The translations under genes were made by a program, and so were the position numbers. The notes beneath the pieces are model-generated. The model was not told where the DNA came from, searched no databases, and was given only the letters and a program-made list of their open reading frames with translations. A stretch of 64,000 nt of DNA from Narcine bancroftii (lineage: Eukaryota): positions 27,590,001 through 27,654,000 of the forward strand of contig NC_091475.1 in the NCBI RefSeq assembly GCF_036971445.1, written 5' to 3'. Positions 24,031-35,836 of the stretch are shown here, piece after piece. Positions within the stretch are counted from its first letter, which is position 1. The number at the start of each line of letters is the position of its first letter.

Positions 24031-24540
24031 AGTGAGGGTGACTGGATAATTATAGCATTGTCTGATTTTTATTTCTAGTTTTCTAGTAATTTTCTTATGA
24101 GAATCTTTATTTTTTGTAATTATGGCTTTTATTCCTCTCTTTTCTTCTCCTCTTGTCCTTCCTTCCTCCTTTCCTTCCACTCATTTCCCTCCAATCCTTG
24201 TATTCACTCTCTTGGTTACAAGCTATTTACAATGATATTGAACTAAAACATTTAAAAGTTATCCTTTATTCCATTCATTTTTTTCTTGCATTTTATTTTC
24301 TCCTGATAATTCCCAGAATTTCACTTGTTTTGGTTTATATAGTACTTTGTGCGTGTTCATAATTTAATTTGTAGAGAGGTAATTCTTGAGATGGACATAA
24401 TTTGACCAGATATAATTTGTTTCAGCCGTAAAAGAGTTCTAAGTACTCTCTAATTGTTAATAGATCTTCCTTCCAACATTGTCAAGAATATTGTATGAAT
24501 AAAAAAAAATCACTTGGGTGAATGGTCTGGGTCTTTGCAG

Positions 24541-25587
24541 GATTATGAAGATGAAAACATTGAAGCCAAAATTGATAAAGAGCTGTGTGATGAAGAAGAA
24601 CAACTCAGGGAAAGCCTAGATGATGAGAAGAATTTTGGGGGTCAATTAGAAATAGAACGTGAAATGAATGAAGAATTATATAAAGATACAGAAAATGCTA
24701 ATGAAGGGGAAAATGTTACCATGGTTACTTCTGCTCCTGCATCAGACACAGTCGATGAGAGCTCGTTCAAAGAATTGAAGCAGGAGGATCAGCAAGATGA
24801 AGAGCAGAGTGAGGAAATAAAAGACTATATAATGAAAAAGATTGAGCAGGCCAACAAGGATCTTAAGGATGAAGATCCTGTGGATCAAAATCGAGAACGC
24901 AGATTGAAATTCAAAGACGATTTAATTGACTTGGTGGTCCCACCTGCAGAGTTTGCTGAAAGAGAAAGAATCAATGGAGAGATCACAGGTCCAATGTCAA
25001 TAAAGCATATTTCAAATGATGTTCAAAATAACAATGACAAACAACCCATGGATCACTTGTCTGTAAAGTATATTTCAAATGATGTCCAAAGGGATAATTA
25101 CGGAGAGGTAACAGATCAGATGTCTCAAATCCATATTTCAAATGCTGCTCAAAAAACTGATGGTACAGAAAAACAGCAGGATGAGAATAAAAATAAGGAC
25201 AAAGACGTACTGATGGAAAAGGATGGAAAATTTGAACTTCTGAGTTTGCAAGATTTTGAAAGTCAAGATGTACTACCTCAGATTAGTGTTGCATTCAATG
25301 AAATTGAATGGGAGCAATCAAACAATTCTAAAGGAAGAAGCCTCTCCAGCAGTCAGAGCAGTTTATCTCCCTATCCAACAGAAGAACTGAATGCACTAAA
25401 ACCGCCAGAAAAACAAAAGTATCTTGTAACTTCTCCATTGAACACACAGAATGGAATTCAAAATGGACTACCTCGAAGAACACGATCTGCAGTAGTTTCC
25501 TCAAAACAATCTTCCCATCTTATTGTACCAGAAAACAAAGAATTTAACTGGAGAACTCCACAAAAGAAGGAGCATCCAAAGATAGAG
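24541..25587 (+). CDS. ccdc181: CCDC181 large coding exon 2 (349 codons)
   Basis: YIMKKIEQANK, RERRLKFKDDLIDLVVPP and EKDGKFELL match CCDC181. tttgcag acceptor, gtaaac donor, phase 0-0. Confidence 0.93.
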
Positions 25588-26031
25588 GTAAACTTGGATT
25601 ATAAGTTATTTAAATCAAGTTCATTTGTTTCAAAATAGTTTGTGCTCTCTTATAAGATTTGTACTATTTTCGTAGAGCCTTAGGTGGAGAATATAGGATT
25701 TTCTTTACTTTTAAGTGGTGTTTGCTTGTTATAAATGGAACTATAATGTTAAAATGCAGGAGGAATATTTAGGATTGTCTTGGGACATAAACATTTACTG
25801 TTTCAGCAATCAAAAATGACTTTCACCATCATTTTTATATTTTGTTGTGTATCCTTTTATGCTACATATATCCAGATTTTCCTTTCGGAGGGAAGGGCAA
25901 ATCTACCTCATCTCTGTGATAATGTCCAACAAAGTAGCAAAATATATTAATGGAATATGGAGATATTTGGGGAGTTAAACTCATAGTGTGGCCTGATATA
26001 CTTTTCTTTTGTAAAATCACAAAGCTAAGAC

Positions 26032-26196
26032 NNNNNNNNNNNNNNNNNNNNNNNNNNNNNNNNNNNNNNNNNNNNNNNNNNNNNNNNNNNNNNNNNNNNN
26101 NNNNNNNNNNNNNNNNNNNNNNNNNNNNNNNNNNNNNNNNNNNNNNNNNNNNNNNNNNNNNNNNNNNNNNNNNNNNNNNNNNNNNNNNNNNNNNNN
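26032..26196. other. Assembly gap or masked span (165 N)
   Basis: Run of N. Confidence 1.
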
Positions 26197-26560
26197 ATGA
26201 ATTCTTGTGCCATCCCTCCCAGGACATGAATCATCCTTTTGTCCAGTCTATCTATGCTGAATATGCTATCGGCCCATTAGTCACTTAGTAGCCATCAGAT
26301 TGACTGTCGCGGTATTGCAGTACTTGTGTTGAAGTGACTTTTTTAAATATNNNNNNNNNNNNNNNNNNNNNNNNNNNNNNNNNNNNNNNNNNNNNNNNNN
26401 NNNNNNNNNNNNNNNNNNNNNNNNNNNNNNNNNNNNNNNNNNNNNNNNNNNNNNNNNNNNNNNNNNNNNNNNNNNNNNNNNNNNNNGCAGTTTCAGTCAT
26501 CTGCTTGGTGGGGGGAGGGGGTCTTGGAACATATCCCTTACGGTTAATGGGGGACTACTG
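26197..26560 (+). mobile_element. Tigger-family non-autonomous element resembling MER44/Tigger7 (5' part hidden in N)
   Basis: 3' terminus GGGGGACTACTG followed by TA. The internal sequence matches the recalled MER44 consensus. Confidence 0.75.
26351..26486. other. Assembly gap or masked span (136 N)
   Basis: Run of N. Confidence 1.
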
Positions 26561-26596
26561 TATTGGCATATTTAATATGATCATTTATTGTCTAAG

Positions 26597-26743
26597 ATAC
26601 GGGCAAGAAAAACTGATGAAGAGGAACAGAAGAAAGAGGAAAATAAGTTAGCTTTTGGGATTTGGCTTCAAAAAAAGAAAGAGCAGCATCAAGAAGAAAA
26701 GAGAATTCAATGTGCAAAGGAAATAGAAAAAAAGAATAGTAAG
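26597..26743 (+). CDS. ccdc181: CCDC181 coding exon 3
   Basis: IRARKTDEEEQKKEENKLAFGIWLQKKKEQ...AKEIE. 147 nt, ag/gt, phase 0-0. Confidence 0.9.
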
Positions 26744-26862
26744 GTAATTAGAAATATTATTCTTTTCCTGAATTATGAAATACAAATTCTGCCTAATTTA
26801 ACAAAATTGAACATTTAAAAATTGGTCTGGTTACAATATTAACAATTATCAACTTTTTTTTT

Positions 26863-28260
26863 GAAATCTGACTCCCACCTGAGCACCTCATGATAGAACA
26901 CAGAAATGCCAAGCTGTATTCTGCCAGAGAAAATCACCTATAATCTGAGGGGGAAGTACATGTTCATTGAGGTGTGGCAACCATACTTGCGGTATATCGG
27001 AATGTGGGTATGATTAACCTTCCTAATGCCTTTCTTTAAAAGGAACAGTGCATAGTAGGCTCACACCAGTCCCAGAATGGCAAGATTGAGGAATTAACTT
27101 TGAGGCCCAGTTGGCACTACCTACCCCACCCAAAATCTTTTTTCTGAATCTTTTGTTTTGCTGTTTTAATGTATTTGTATTGTTATTTTCAGTAATTAAT
27201 GTATGTTTGTTTTTGTTAATTGGGGGTGTGAGGGAGAATGGGGGGTGGGGGTGGGGGGAGGGAAACAAGGGGAAAAAAAGACGATACAAAGTGTTCTGTA
27301 AGGGGAAAATTGATCTCCTATATTGTTCATGAGAAGGGCATTGGGATGGTTAATCATACCCACGTTCCGATGTATCGCAAGTATGGTTGCCACACCTCAA
27401 TGAACATGTTGTACTTCCCCCTCAGATTATAGGTGATTTTCTCTGGCGGAATACAGCTTGGCATTTCTGTGTTCTATCATGAGGTGCTCAGATTTCCAGG
27501 TAACCTCTATACATTTCCTGGCCACCGCCAAGGCAACTTACAAATTGAATTTAGTATTTGGACAGTCTCAGACTCATGACCATAATATCCCCCAAAAGGA
27601 ACAAGGCTAGATCCTGTAGATATTCCACTCCTGTATTTTTTTTCAGAATGTCCCCTAGTTCTACCCAAAAGGGTCTCACCTTGATGCATAGCCAGGTTGA
27701 ATGTACAAAGGTTCCTGTTTCCACACCACATGTAAAGCACAATTCTGAAATCTCTAACTTTACCTTATGCAATTTTTATGGTGTGGGGTATAGCTAGTGC
27801 ATAAAATTAAATTGCACCAGCCGATGTCTAGTATTATTGACTGCTGTCATGCTGTCCCGATGCAAGTGGACCAGCACCACTCCTGGATTATTGTTCCTAA
27901 ATCTGACTCTCATCTTTGCCTTGATTTTTGAGTTCCAGGATCTCGTTTTGGAACAGGAGACCCATAGCAGAAATGAATCTATGTGTGATCCCCTTTTGAA
28001 TTAGAGCCTCCATATCACTACACATCAACAGGGCCATAGATGGGCCTAAACTGCCCCTCAAAAAAGATCTTATTTGAAAATAGGAAAAGGTCCTATTTGA
28101 TAGATAAAAAATTTTTTTTAATTGCTTGAATGATATGCTACCCTCATAACAGTCTTCGATACACCTGATCCCTTTCTGGCACCAGATGTCCAGAATCTTT
28201 TTATTTATAAAAATATATATATATAGAGAGAGAGAGTTTCCTGTTATCTTTTCCTCTACC
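26863..28260. mobile_element. L1-clade LINE 3' region, rearranged
   Basis: The minus part (about 27332-28260) encodes an ORF2 C-terminus with a CxxC..H..C knuckle (CFTCGVETGTFVHSTWLC). The plus part (about 26863-27330) carries the ORF2 end and a G-rich 3' UTR. Confidence 0.75.
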
Positions 28261-28951
28261 ATGCATAGATGAATTTGTGCCCCCTCTGCGAGACCCCTGC
28301 GACATTCTACCCCTCCCATGATGACGTTCTCCCCCTCTCCCTTGACATTGTCTCATTGTCTGTGAGAGCCTTCTCCTCTGTGTGAGACCCATCTCTTCTG
28401 TGAGGGACCTATGTCTGTAAGAATCCAGCTCTCTCTCTCTGCAACACCACCTCTTTCTGTAACACTTTCAACAAGTGGCGGATTAACTACCATCTGGGCC
28501 CCTAGGCTGAGCTTTATTAAGGCCCCCCCCCCCACCCCGACTTGGCCTCCCTGGTTGCCCTCCCATCACATATTCTAAATTTTTCCTCAGGTATGTACTT
28601 GGGGTGTGCATGTGTAAGCTGTGCTCGGTGATGGCAGGATAGAATTGATGTGTTGTGTGGCAATAGCCCAGTGGAGAGAGCTGCATGAAGAGGGAAGGGA
28701 TTGGGCTGGTAGTGTGGTGCCTTGGTGCTGGCTGCTGGTGAGAACCTCATCACCGGACTCTGACTCAGGCCTTCATGTATGGCTGCCACAGGTACTGTGT
28801 ACTTACCTTCCTTGATAATGTAACTGCTGATGGCAGTAGCCAAATGAAATCTGAGGTATATAGAAACACTGTGTCTGCTCAGGTTTGAGCAAATGCCTCC
28901 AAACTCATTGGACTGCAATTCATCCTACAGCAAGACAATGACCCCAAATAT

Positions 28952-30590
28952 TTTCTTTGGCTTGGCTTCGCGGACTAAGATTTATGGAGGGGGTAAAAAG
29001 TCCACGTCAGCTGCAGGCTCGTTTGTGGCTGACAAGTCCGATGCGGGACAGGCAGACACGATTGCAGCGGTTGCAGGGGAAAATTGGTTGGTTGGGGTTG
29101 GGTGTTGGGTTTTTCCTCCTTTGCCTTTTGTCAGTGAGGTGGGCTCTGCGGTCTTCTTCAAGGGAGGTTGCTGCCCGCCAAACTGTGAGGCACCAAGATG
29201 CACGGTTTGAGGCGTTATCAGCCCACTGGCGGTGGTCAATGTGGCAGGCACCAAGAGATTTCTTTAGGCAGTCCTTGTACCTTTTCTTTGGTGCACCTCT
29301 GTCACGGTGGCCAGTGGAGAGCTCGCCATATAACACGATCTTGGGAAGGCGATGGTCCTCCATTCTGGAGACGTGACCCATCCAGCGCAGCAGGATCTTC
29401 AGCAGCGTGGACTCGATGCTGTCGACCTCTGCCATCTCGAGTACTTCGACGTTAGGGATGTAAGCGCTCCAATGGATGTTGAGGATGGAGCGGAGACAAC
29501 GCTGGTGGAAGCGTTCTAGGAGCCGTAGGTGGTGCCGGTAAAGGACCCATGATTCGGAGCCGAACAGGAGTGTGGGTATGACAACGGCTCTGTATACGCT
29601 TATCTTTGTGAGGTTTTTCAGTTGGTTGTTTTTCCAGACTCTGTTGTGTAGTCTTCCAAAGGCGCTATTTGCCTTGGCGTGTCTGTTGTCTATCTCATTG
29701 TCGATCCTTGCATCTGATGAAATGGTGCAGCCGAGATAGGTAAACTGGTTGACCGTTTTGAGTTTTGTGTGCCCGATGGAGATGTGGGGGGGCTGGTAGT
29801 CATGGTGGGGAGCTGGCTGATGGAGGACCTCAGTTTTCTTCAGGCTGACTTCCAGGCCAAACATTTTGGCAGTTTCCGCAAAGCAGGACGTCAAGCGCTG
29901 AAGAGCTGGCTCTGAATGGGCAACTAAAGCGGCATCGTCTGCAAAGAGTAGTTCACGGACAAGTTTCTCTTGTGTCTTGGTGTGAGCTTGCAGGCGCCTC
30001 AGATTGAAGAGACTGCCATCCGTGCGGTACCAGATGTAAACAGCGTCTTCATTGTTGGGGTCTTTCATGGCTTGGTTCAGCATCATGCTGAAGAAGATTG
30101 AAAAGAGGGTTGGTGCGAGAACACAGCCTTGCTTCACGCCATTGTTAATGGAGAAAGGTTCAGAGAGCTCATTGCTGTATCTGACCTGACCTTGTTGGTT
30201 TTCGTGCAGTTGGATAATCATGTTGAGGAACTTTGGGGGACATCCGATGCGTTCTAGTATTTGCCAAAGCCCTTTCCTGCTCACGGTGTCGAAGGCTTTG
30301 GTGAGGTCAACAAAGGTGATGTAGAGTCCTTTGTTTTGTTCTCTGCACTTTTCTTGGAGCTGTCTGAGGGCAAAGACCATGTCAGTAGTTCCTCTGTTTG
30401 CGCGAAAGCCGCACTGTGATTCTGGGAGAATATTCTCGGCGACACTAGGTATTATTCTATTTAGTAGAATCCTAGCGAAGATTTTGCCTGCAATGGAGAG
30501 CAACGTGATTCCCCTGTAGTTTGAGCAGTTTGATTTCTCGCCTTTGTTTTTGTACAGGGTGATGATGGTGGCATCACGAAGATCCTGAGG
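28952..30590 (-). mobile_element. RTE LINE, 5'-truncated, with an uninterrupted 528-codon RT reading frame
   Basis: ORF 29007-30593 with QCGFR, FVDLTKAFD, GVKQG and LFADD motifs. TSD CAAATAT at 28945-28951 and 30591-30597. Confidence 0.95.
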
Positions 30591-30790
30591 CAAATATACT
30601 GTTAAAGTAAAAGCTGTTTTTCAATCTAAAAATGAAAATTCTTGAATGGCCAAATCAATCATCCAATCTAAATCTAATTGAGCATGCCTTCCATATGCTG
30701 AAGAGAAAGCAAGAGGACAAGGCCCCAAAACAAGCAGGAGCTGAAGATGGCTGTAGTAGAGGTCTGGCAGAGCATCACCAGAGAAGACAC

Positions 30791-31102
30791 TGTGATGATG
30801 TAATGGGGAGGGGCATATTATACTGACTGCTTACTGTTAGCTATGGCTGTAGAGATATTCCTCTCTACTGGTATAACAGATGGAGAACCTTTTCCACTGG
30901 CCAGTTTAGAGGTGGCTTTTCGTCTGTTAATAAAATTGATAAGCCATAGACGAGGACCAACCAAGTATCATTCGAATAATGGGCTTTTATTAACAGATGA
31001 AAAGCCACCTTTAAATTGACCAATGGGAAAGGTTCTCCATCTGTTATACCAGTAGGGTGGAGTATCTCGACAGCCATAGCCTCTCCGCATTACATCATCA
31101 CA
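30791..31102. mobile_element. 312-bp palindromic insertion with TG...CA ends and 5-bp TSD
   Basis: TGTGATGATGTAATG...CATTACATCATCACA. TSD GACAC at 30786-30790 and 31103-31107. Confidence 0.9.
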
Positions 31103-31710
31103 GACACTCAGCACCTTTTGATGTCTATGAACCAGACTTCAAACATGCATGCTAGGGATACATCACAAAGTTCTAAACACAACTACATTAATATGCATAC
31201 CATTGCTATGTCCCAAATATTATGGTGCCCTGAAACGAGGGGACTATGTATAAAAAGTTCTGTAATTTCTACATGGTCAACCAAAAAGTAACACAAATAC
31301 CCTTTAATAAAATCTGTAATGTGCACTTTATATAAATTTAAAACTGGAGCACAGAGGCAAATAAAGGAAAAAGATGTTTTATCTCAAACATTAAAGAGGG
31401 CACTGTAAATCCTGTTTGGAGCAAAATTTTGTTTAACAGATTGGCTTCCAGTAAAACATCTAATTTATAAGTCAAGATATTACTGTTATGCTTCAAGCAA
31501 AGTTGAATGTAAATTATATTTGAAACAAAAACATTTCAATCTTGGATGTTCACATTACTCTGTATTGGATGCATAACCTTTGTGCAAGGCACACCTTTGG
31601 TAATTCTGTTCAACAAGGATAATTTTTCATGAAAATTAACATAAGTTATAGAACAGTTAGATAAATTCAACCTTGGATGACGGTATATTTTTGTGGAAAT
31701 ATTTTTAAAG

Positions 31711-31865
31711 GAATTCCGAGACCCAAATGAAGCCTTTAATCTCTGGCTAAAGAAGAAGCGGGAACAACAAATCAAAGAACAGCAAATAGAAGCTATGAGA
31801 AAAAGGGAACAAGATTACAACTCCAGACTCCACACAAGAGAAGATTCTGAAAAGGCTTTTAAACA
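31711..31865 (+). CDS. ccdc181: CCDC181 coding exon 4
   Basis: EFRDPNEAFNLWLKKKREQQIKE...EKAFK. 155 nt, phase 0-2, gtaag donor. Confidence 0.92.
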
Positions 31866-33129
31866 GTAAGACACTTTTAATCATTTCCATTTGTTTAATT
31901 TTGCTTTGCACTAAAATAATACCAACTATATATAATCAATGAAATGTGATGAACAAACATATTTACAGTTGTGGGCTATGAACTGCATTTTAATTATTAA
32001 TAGCAACAAATGGCTTTTGAAAACTCTTAAAGTACATATTTTTTCATTCATATTTCAATCATGAAGCCAAAGGGACACCAGGATCAAAAAAAATGATTTT
32101 CCTTATGGTTGCAATTGTTAACTAGTCATCATTTAGATGTGAAATTATAGTCGCAGATAATCGTATATTTTATAGGCAATTCTATTTATGTAGGACTAGG
32201 CAATCTAAAATAATTTATAGCATAACATCCTGTGTTAATGTAAGATTTGAAACTTTGGTAGAGCATCAGTAGTTTCTTCTATGTAGTATTCTATCAGGTT
32301 ATTCGCATCTATTGGTATGTATGCTTTAATAAACCAGGTTTTAAGAATAATCTTAAGAGAAAACCGCATATTTACCTACTTGATCAGTGGATTCTGCAGA
32401 CCAAAGAACTGGGACTTCTCCATTTGCTTAGGCTAAAATCATGTTTTTAAACCAGCCAGTCTCAACCTTTTTTAGCTATGGCTCCCTTAGGACTCTGCTC
32501 AAAGTTTATGGCTCCCCTTCCCTGTGAGGCAGTCAAGTTTTGGTTTCTTCTGTACTTCTGCAGACTACATAAAAACAAAAAATACTTTTGTGAGGTGTAA
32601 AGAAAACAAGCCTTTTACTTAAATGTGCTGAGACACAACAATAAATCATGCTTTTATTTTCTCTCATAGATGCTTGAAAATGGTGCAACTGACTCTCTAG
32701 TGAACTTCAAAACTTAAAAAGTTTTAAGCTTAAGTTGTCACAAAATGCCGAGTACAATGAGAAGGGTTCTTCTGCGAGCAGGTTATCTCTTACATTCATA
32801 GAGCCCTATAAAGGGCACAATTTACAGACAATAGGATTACAATGAACAGGAAGATCAATTAGCACCATGCAAGGACAGCTTGATAACACAGGAAGGAATG
32901 AACCTGCAGGTAGCTGAAGGAAACTCTTTGAGCATGTTGCTGTGTGCTTTTGCATTCCTGAGCCTTCTCCCCAATGGAAAAGGGGAGAAGTGTGTGATGG
33001 TTCCTTCAATGTGTTGGTTGTCTTTACTAGGCAGTGGGAGATGTAAATAGAATCCATGTTCTGAGCTGCATTCACTATCTTTTTTTTCTAAGCTTGAACT
33101 AAGCAGCTCGCACAATCTGATATATTTAG

Positions 33130-34855
33130 TATGCTTTTGATTATGTATCTGTAGAAGTTGTTCAGGGACAATCTGAATTTCCCTCGTCTTCCAAGAAAAT
33201 AAGAAATTGGTGCACTTCCTTGACCATCATGGTTAACGTACTTATCACATGTCAAGTTATTGAAAATATTTTTTCATAAGAACCTGAAGTTATCTCTTTT
33301 GATTTCAGCACCATTAATGTGAACAAACATGGACTCTGCCTTCTCTCCAGAAGTCATTGATCATCTCCTTTACTTATTGATGTTGAGATAGAGGTTGTTA
33401 ACTTGCCACTATTCAATACCTTTCCTATATTCTGTCTCATCGTTATTTGATAACCATCCCACAATCAGAATTTATTGCCTTAAATATGTCATGAAATTTG
33501 TTGTTTTGAGGTTAGTATTACAGGTGCAAATATTGCTGTAAATTACATTTAAAAATAAATAGTGCAAAAGGGAAAGTGAGTGGTTGTGGTTCATTGTCCA
33601 TTCAGGGATCTCATGGTGGAGGAGAAGCTGTCCTTGTGCCATTGGGGGTTCATCTTCAGGCTCCTGCACCTCCTTCCATTTGGTAACAGTGTGAAGAGGG
33701 CATGACCTTGGTGGTGAGCGTTCTTGAGGATGGAGGATGCTTTCTTAAGACACCACCTTGTGTAGATGTCCTTGATGAAATGAGAACCACTGCCCGTAAT
33801 GTCACTAGCTGAGTTCATCACTTGTAACTCTATACAAGACAGTGATGCAACCAGTCAGAATGCTCTCCATGGTACACCTGAAGAGCTATGCAAGTCTTTG
33901 GTGACATACCAAATCTCAAACTCCTCACAAAATATAGATGCTGGCAAGCCTTCATGATTTCATCAATATGGAGGCCCCAGGACAGATCTTCAAAGATGTT
34001 GAAATTGACGTTCTTAATCCTTTCCACTGCTGACCCAATGAGTACTGGTATTCTCCTGGTTTCCCCTTCCTGAAGTCCATAATCAGCTTCTTAATTTTGC
34101 TGTTGAGTGCAAGGTTGTTGTGATACTACTTAACTATCTGATCCGTCTCCCTCCTGTACACTTCCTCATTGCTGCCTGTGATTCTGCCGATAACTGTGGT
34201 GTCATTGGCAAATTTGTAGATGGCATTTGAATTATGCCTGGCTACCCAGTCATGGGCGTAGAGTGAGTAGAGCAGTGGGCTAAGCACACATCCTTGGCGT
34301 GTGCCTGTGTTGATTGATGCGAGGAGACATTGTTTCCAGTTTGTGCTGATGGGGAAGTCAAGGATCCTTTTTACAGAGGTTTTGGACCAGTACTGAGAGG
34401 ATGAGAGTGTTGAAAGCTGCTATTGTGGTGGCATCAGCAAATTTGAAGATGGCATTGGAATGGTATTTAGTTGTATGGTCGGGAGTAGAGGGAGTGTGGT
34501 AGGGGACTGAGTATTCATCCTTGTGAAGTGCCAGTGTTCCGAGTCTGATTGTAGTCTGTAAGTCAGGAAGTTATGCATCCAGATGCAGAGTAGGACATGG
34601 AGACCCAGATCCTGAAATTTGGGAGTTTGCTGGTACTATAGTATTTAGAGCAGACTTTACCTTAAAGTGATGAATTCGGGAGCTAGTGTCTGCCATGGAT
34701 TGGTTTGACCAGTAGGAAAATTGAAGTGGGTCAAGGCTGGCTGGTTATGACTAGTCTCTCAAAACACTTCATGATGGTGGAGGTCATGGCAACTGGTTGG
34801 AAATCATTTTGGTTTGTCATTATGCTTTTTTTTTGGTACTGGGATGATAGTGACC
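33130..34855 (-). mobile_element. Cluster of decayed Rex1/Babar-like LINE fragments
   Basis: PVAMTSTIMKCFERLV and KACQHLYFVRSLRFG motifs. Several overlapping pieces, boundaries approximate. Confidence 0.7.
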
Positions 34856-35667
34856 TTATTTTTTTTATTAATATTTTATTTTTGATTTTACAGACTCGTA
34901 TTTCAAACACAGAACACGTGTCCACTTTTACAGAGTATATTATACTGAGTCTTCTTTCCCCCCCCTCTTCCAAAATGATAAACAAACATACTAGTTACAA
35001 AAGAAAACACAACAGAATAATAATGATTACAAACAGGTCACAAAAATAATCCACAGATAACATAAGCCAAGAAGGTACCCAAGCAGCTTCAAAGTGCACA
35101 GAAAAAACAGAAGAGACAAAAAAAAACCTTGGGGGTGGGTCAACTGGGTCTCAGTTATTTCTTCAATCCTGACATTCCAGGACTGATGTGAACTTGCCAT
35201 CCACTGCTCCTTTTAAAGATAGGAAGGGGGGGGGGGGGAAAGAGTGGAATCATACCTGTGTTCCAATGGTTGCCACACTTCAATGTACATAGATGGTGAC
35301 TTTTTGAAACAAATGGGGATGTTGGTCTATGTAGGAAGAAATTAAAGAGGTCTATAAATACATCCACCAATTGTTCTGTGCGGGATCTTTTAGCACAGCC
35401 TGAGTTTACCTGCTGTAAGGCTGCCCTGAGTTCAATAGAAATGACCGTGGATGTGTCATTGCTTGTGGTGGATGATGTGGCTATCCCCTCCCTGATCAAA
35501 GTGAGCATAGAACATGATTAACATGCTGTATGGAGTTCTTGGAGTAGCTTGGATGTTATAAAAACACAATAAATCCAAATCAGTGTTCAAATATTAAAAA
35601 AGTTAGGCACAGTCTAATTCTGCATAATTCAGTAAGAATTTGATACCTTTTGTCCACATTTGCACAG

Positions 35668-35836
35668 GTGGCTGAGAAGAAAAAAAGCAGAGAAACGGGC
35701 CGAGCAGTTAGCTGCCAAGGAGCGATACAAGAAATTTCTAATGGAAGCTAGAAGAGTAAAAAGAATGCAAACTCTTCTGTGCACCCTGAATGAATCCAAA
35801 TCTCTTCAGTTTGACAATTATGGGTATAGGTTCTAG
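35668..35836 (+). CDS. ccdc181: CCDC181 last coding exon
   Basis: WLRRKKAEKRAEQLAAKER...FDNYGYRF*. The phase-2 acceptor fits the previous exon. Total CDS is 1632 nt. Confidence 0.92.

Larger units (their letters stand above)
28770..31405 (+). mobile_element. Tc1-like transposon 3' half, interrupted by two insertions
   Basis: ...FILQQDNDPK before the RTE and KILEWPNQSSNLNLIEH after it (DDE motifs). Ends GAGGGCACTG followed by TA. Confidence 0.8.

Noticed and set aside
25862-26651. ORFs containing X runs
   Set aside because: They are artefacts of translating N gaps.
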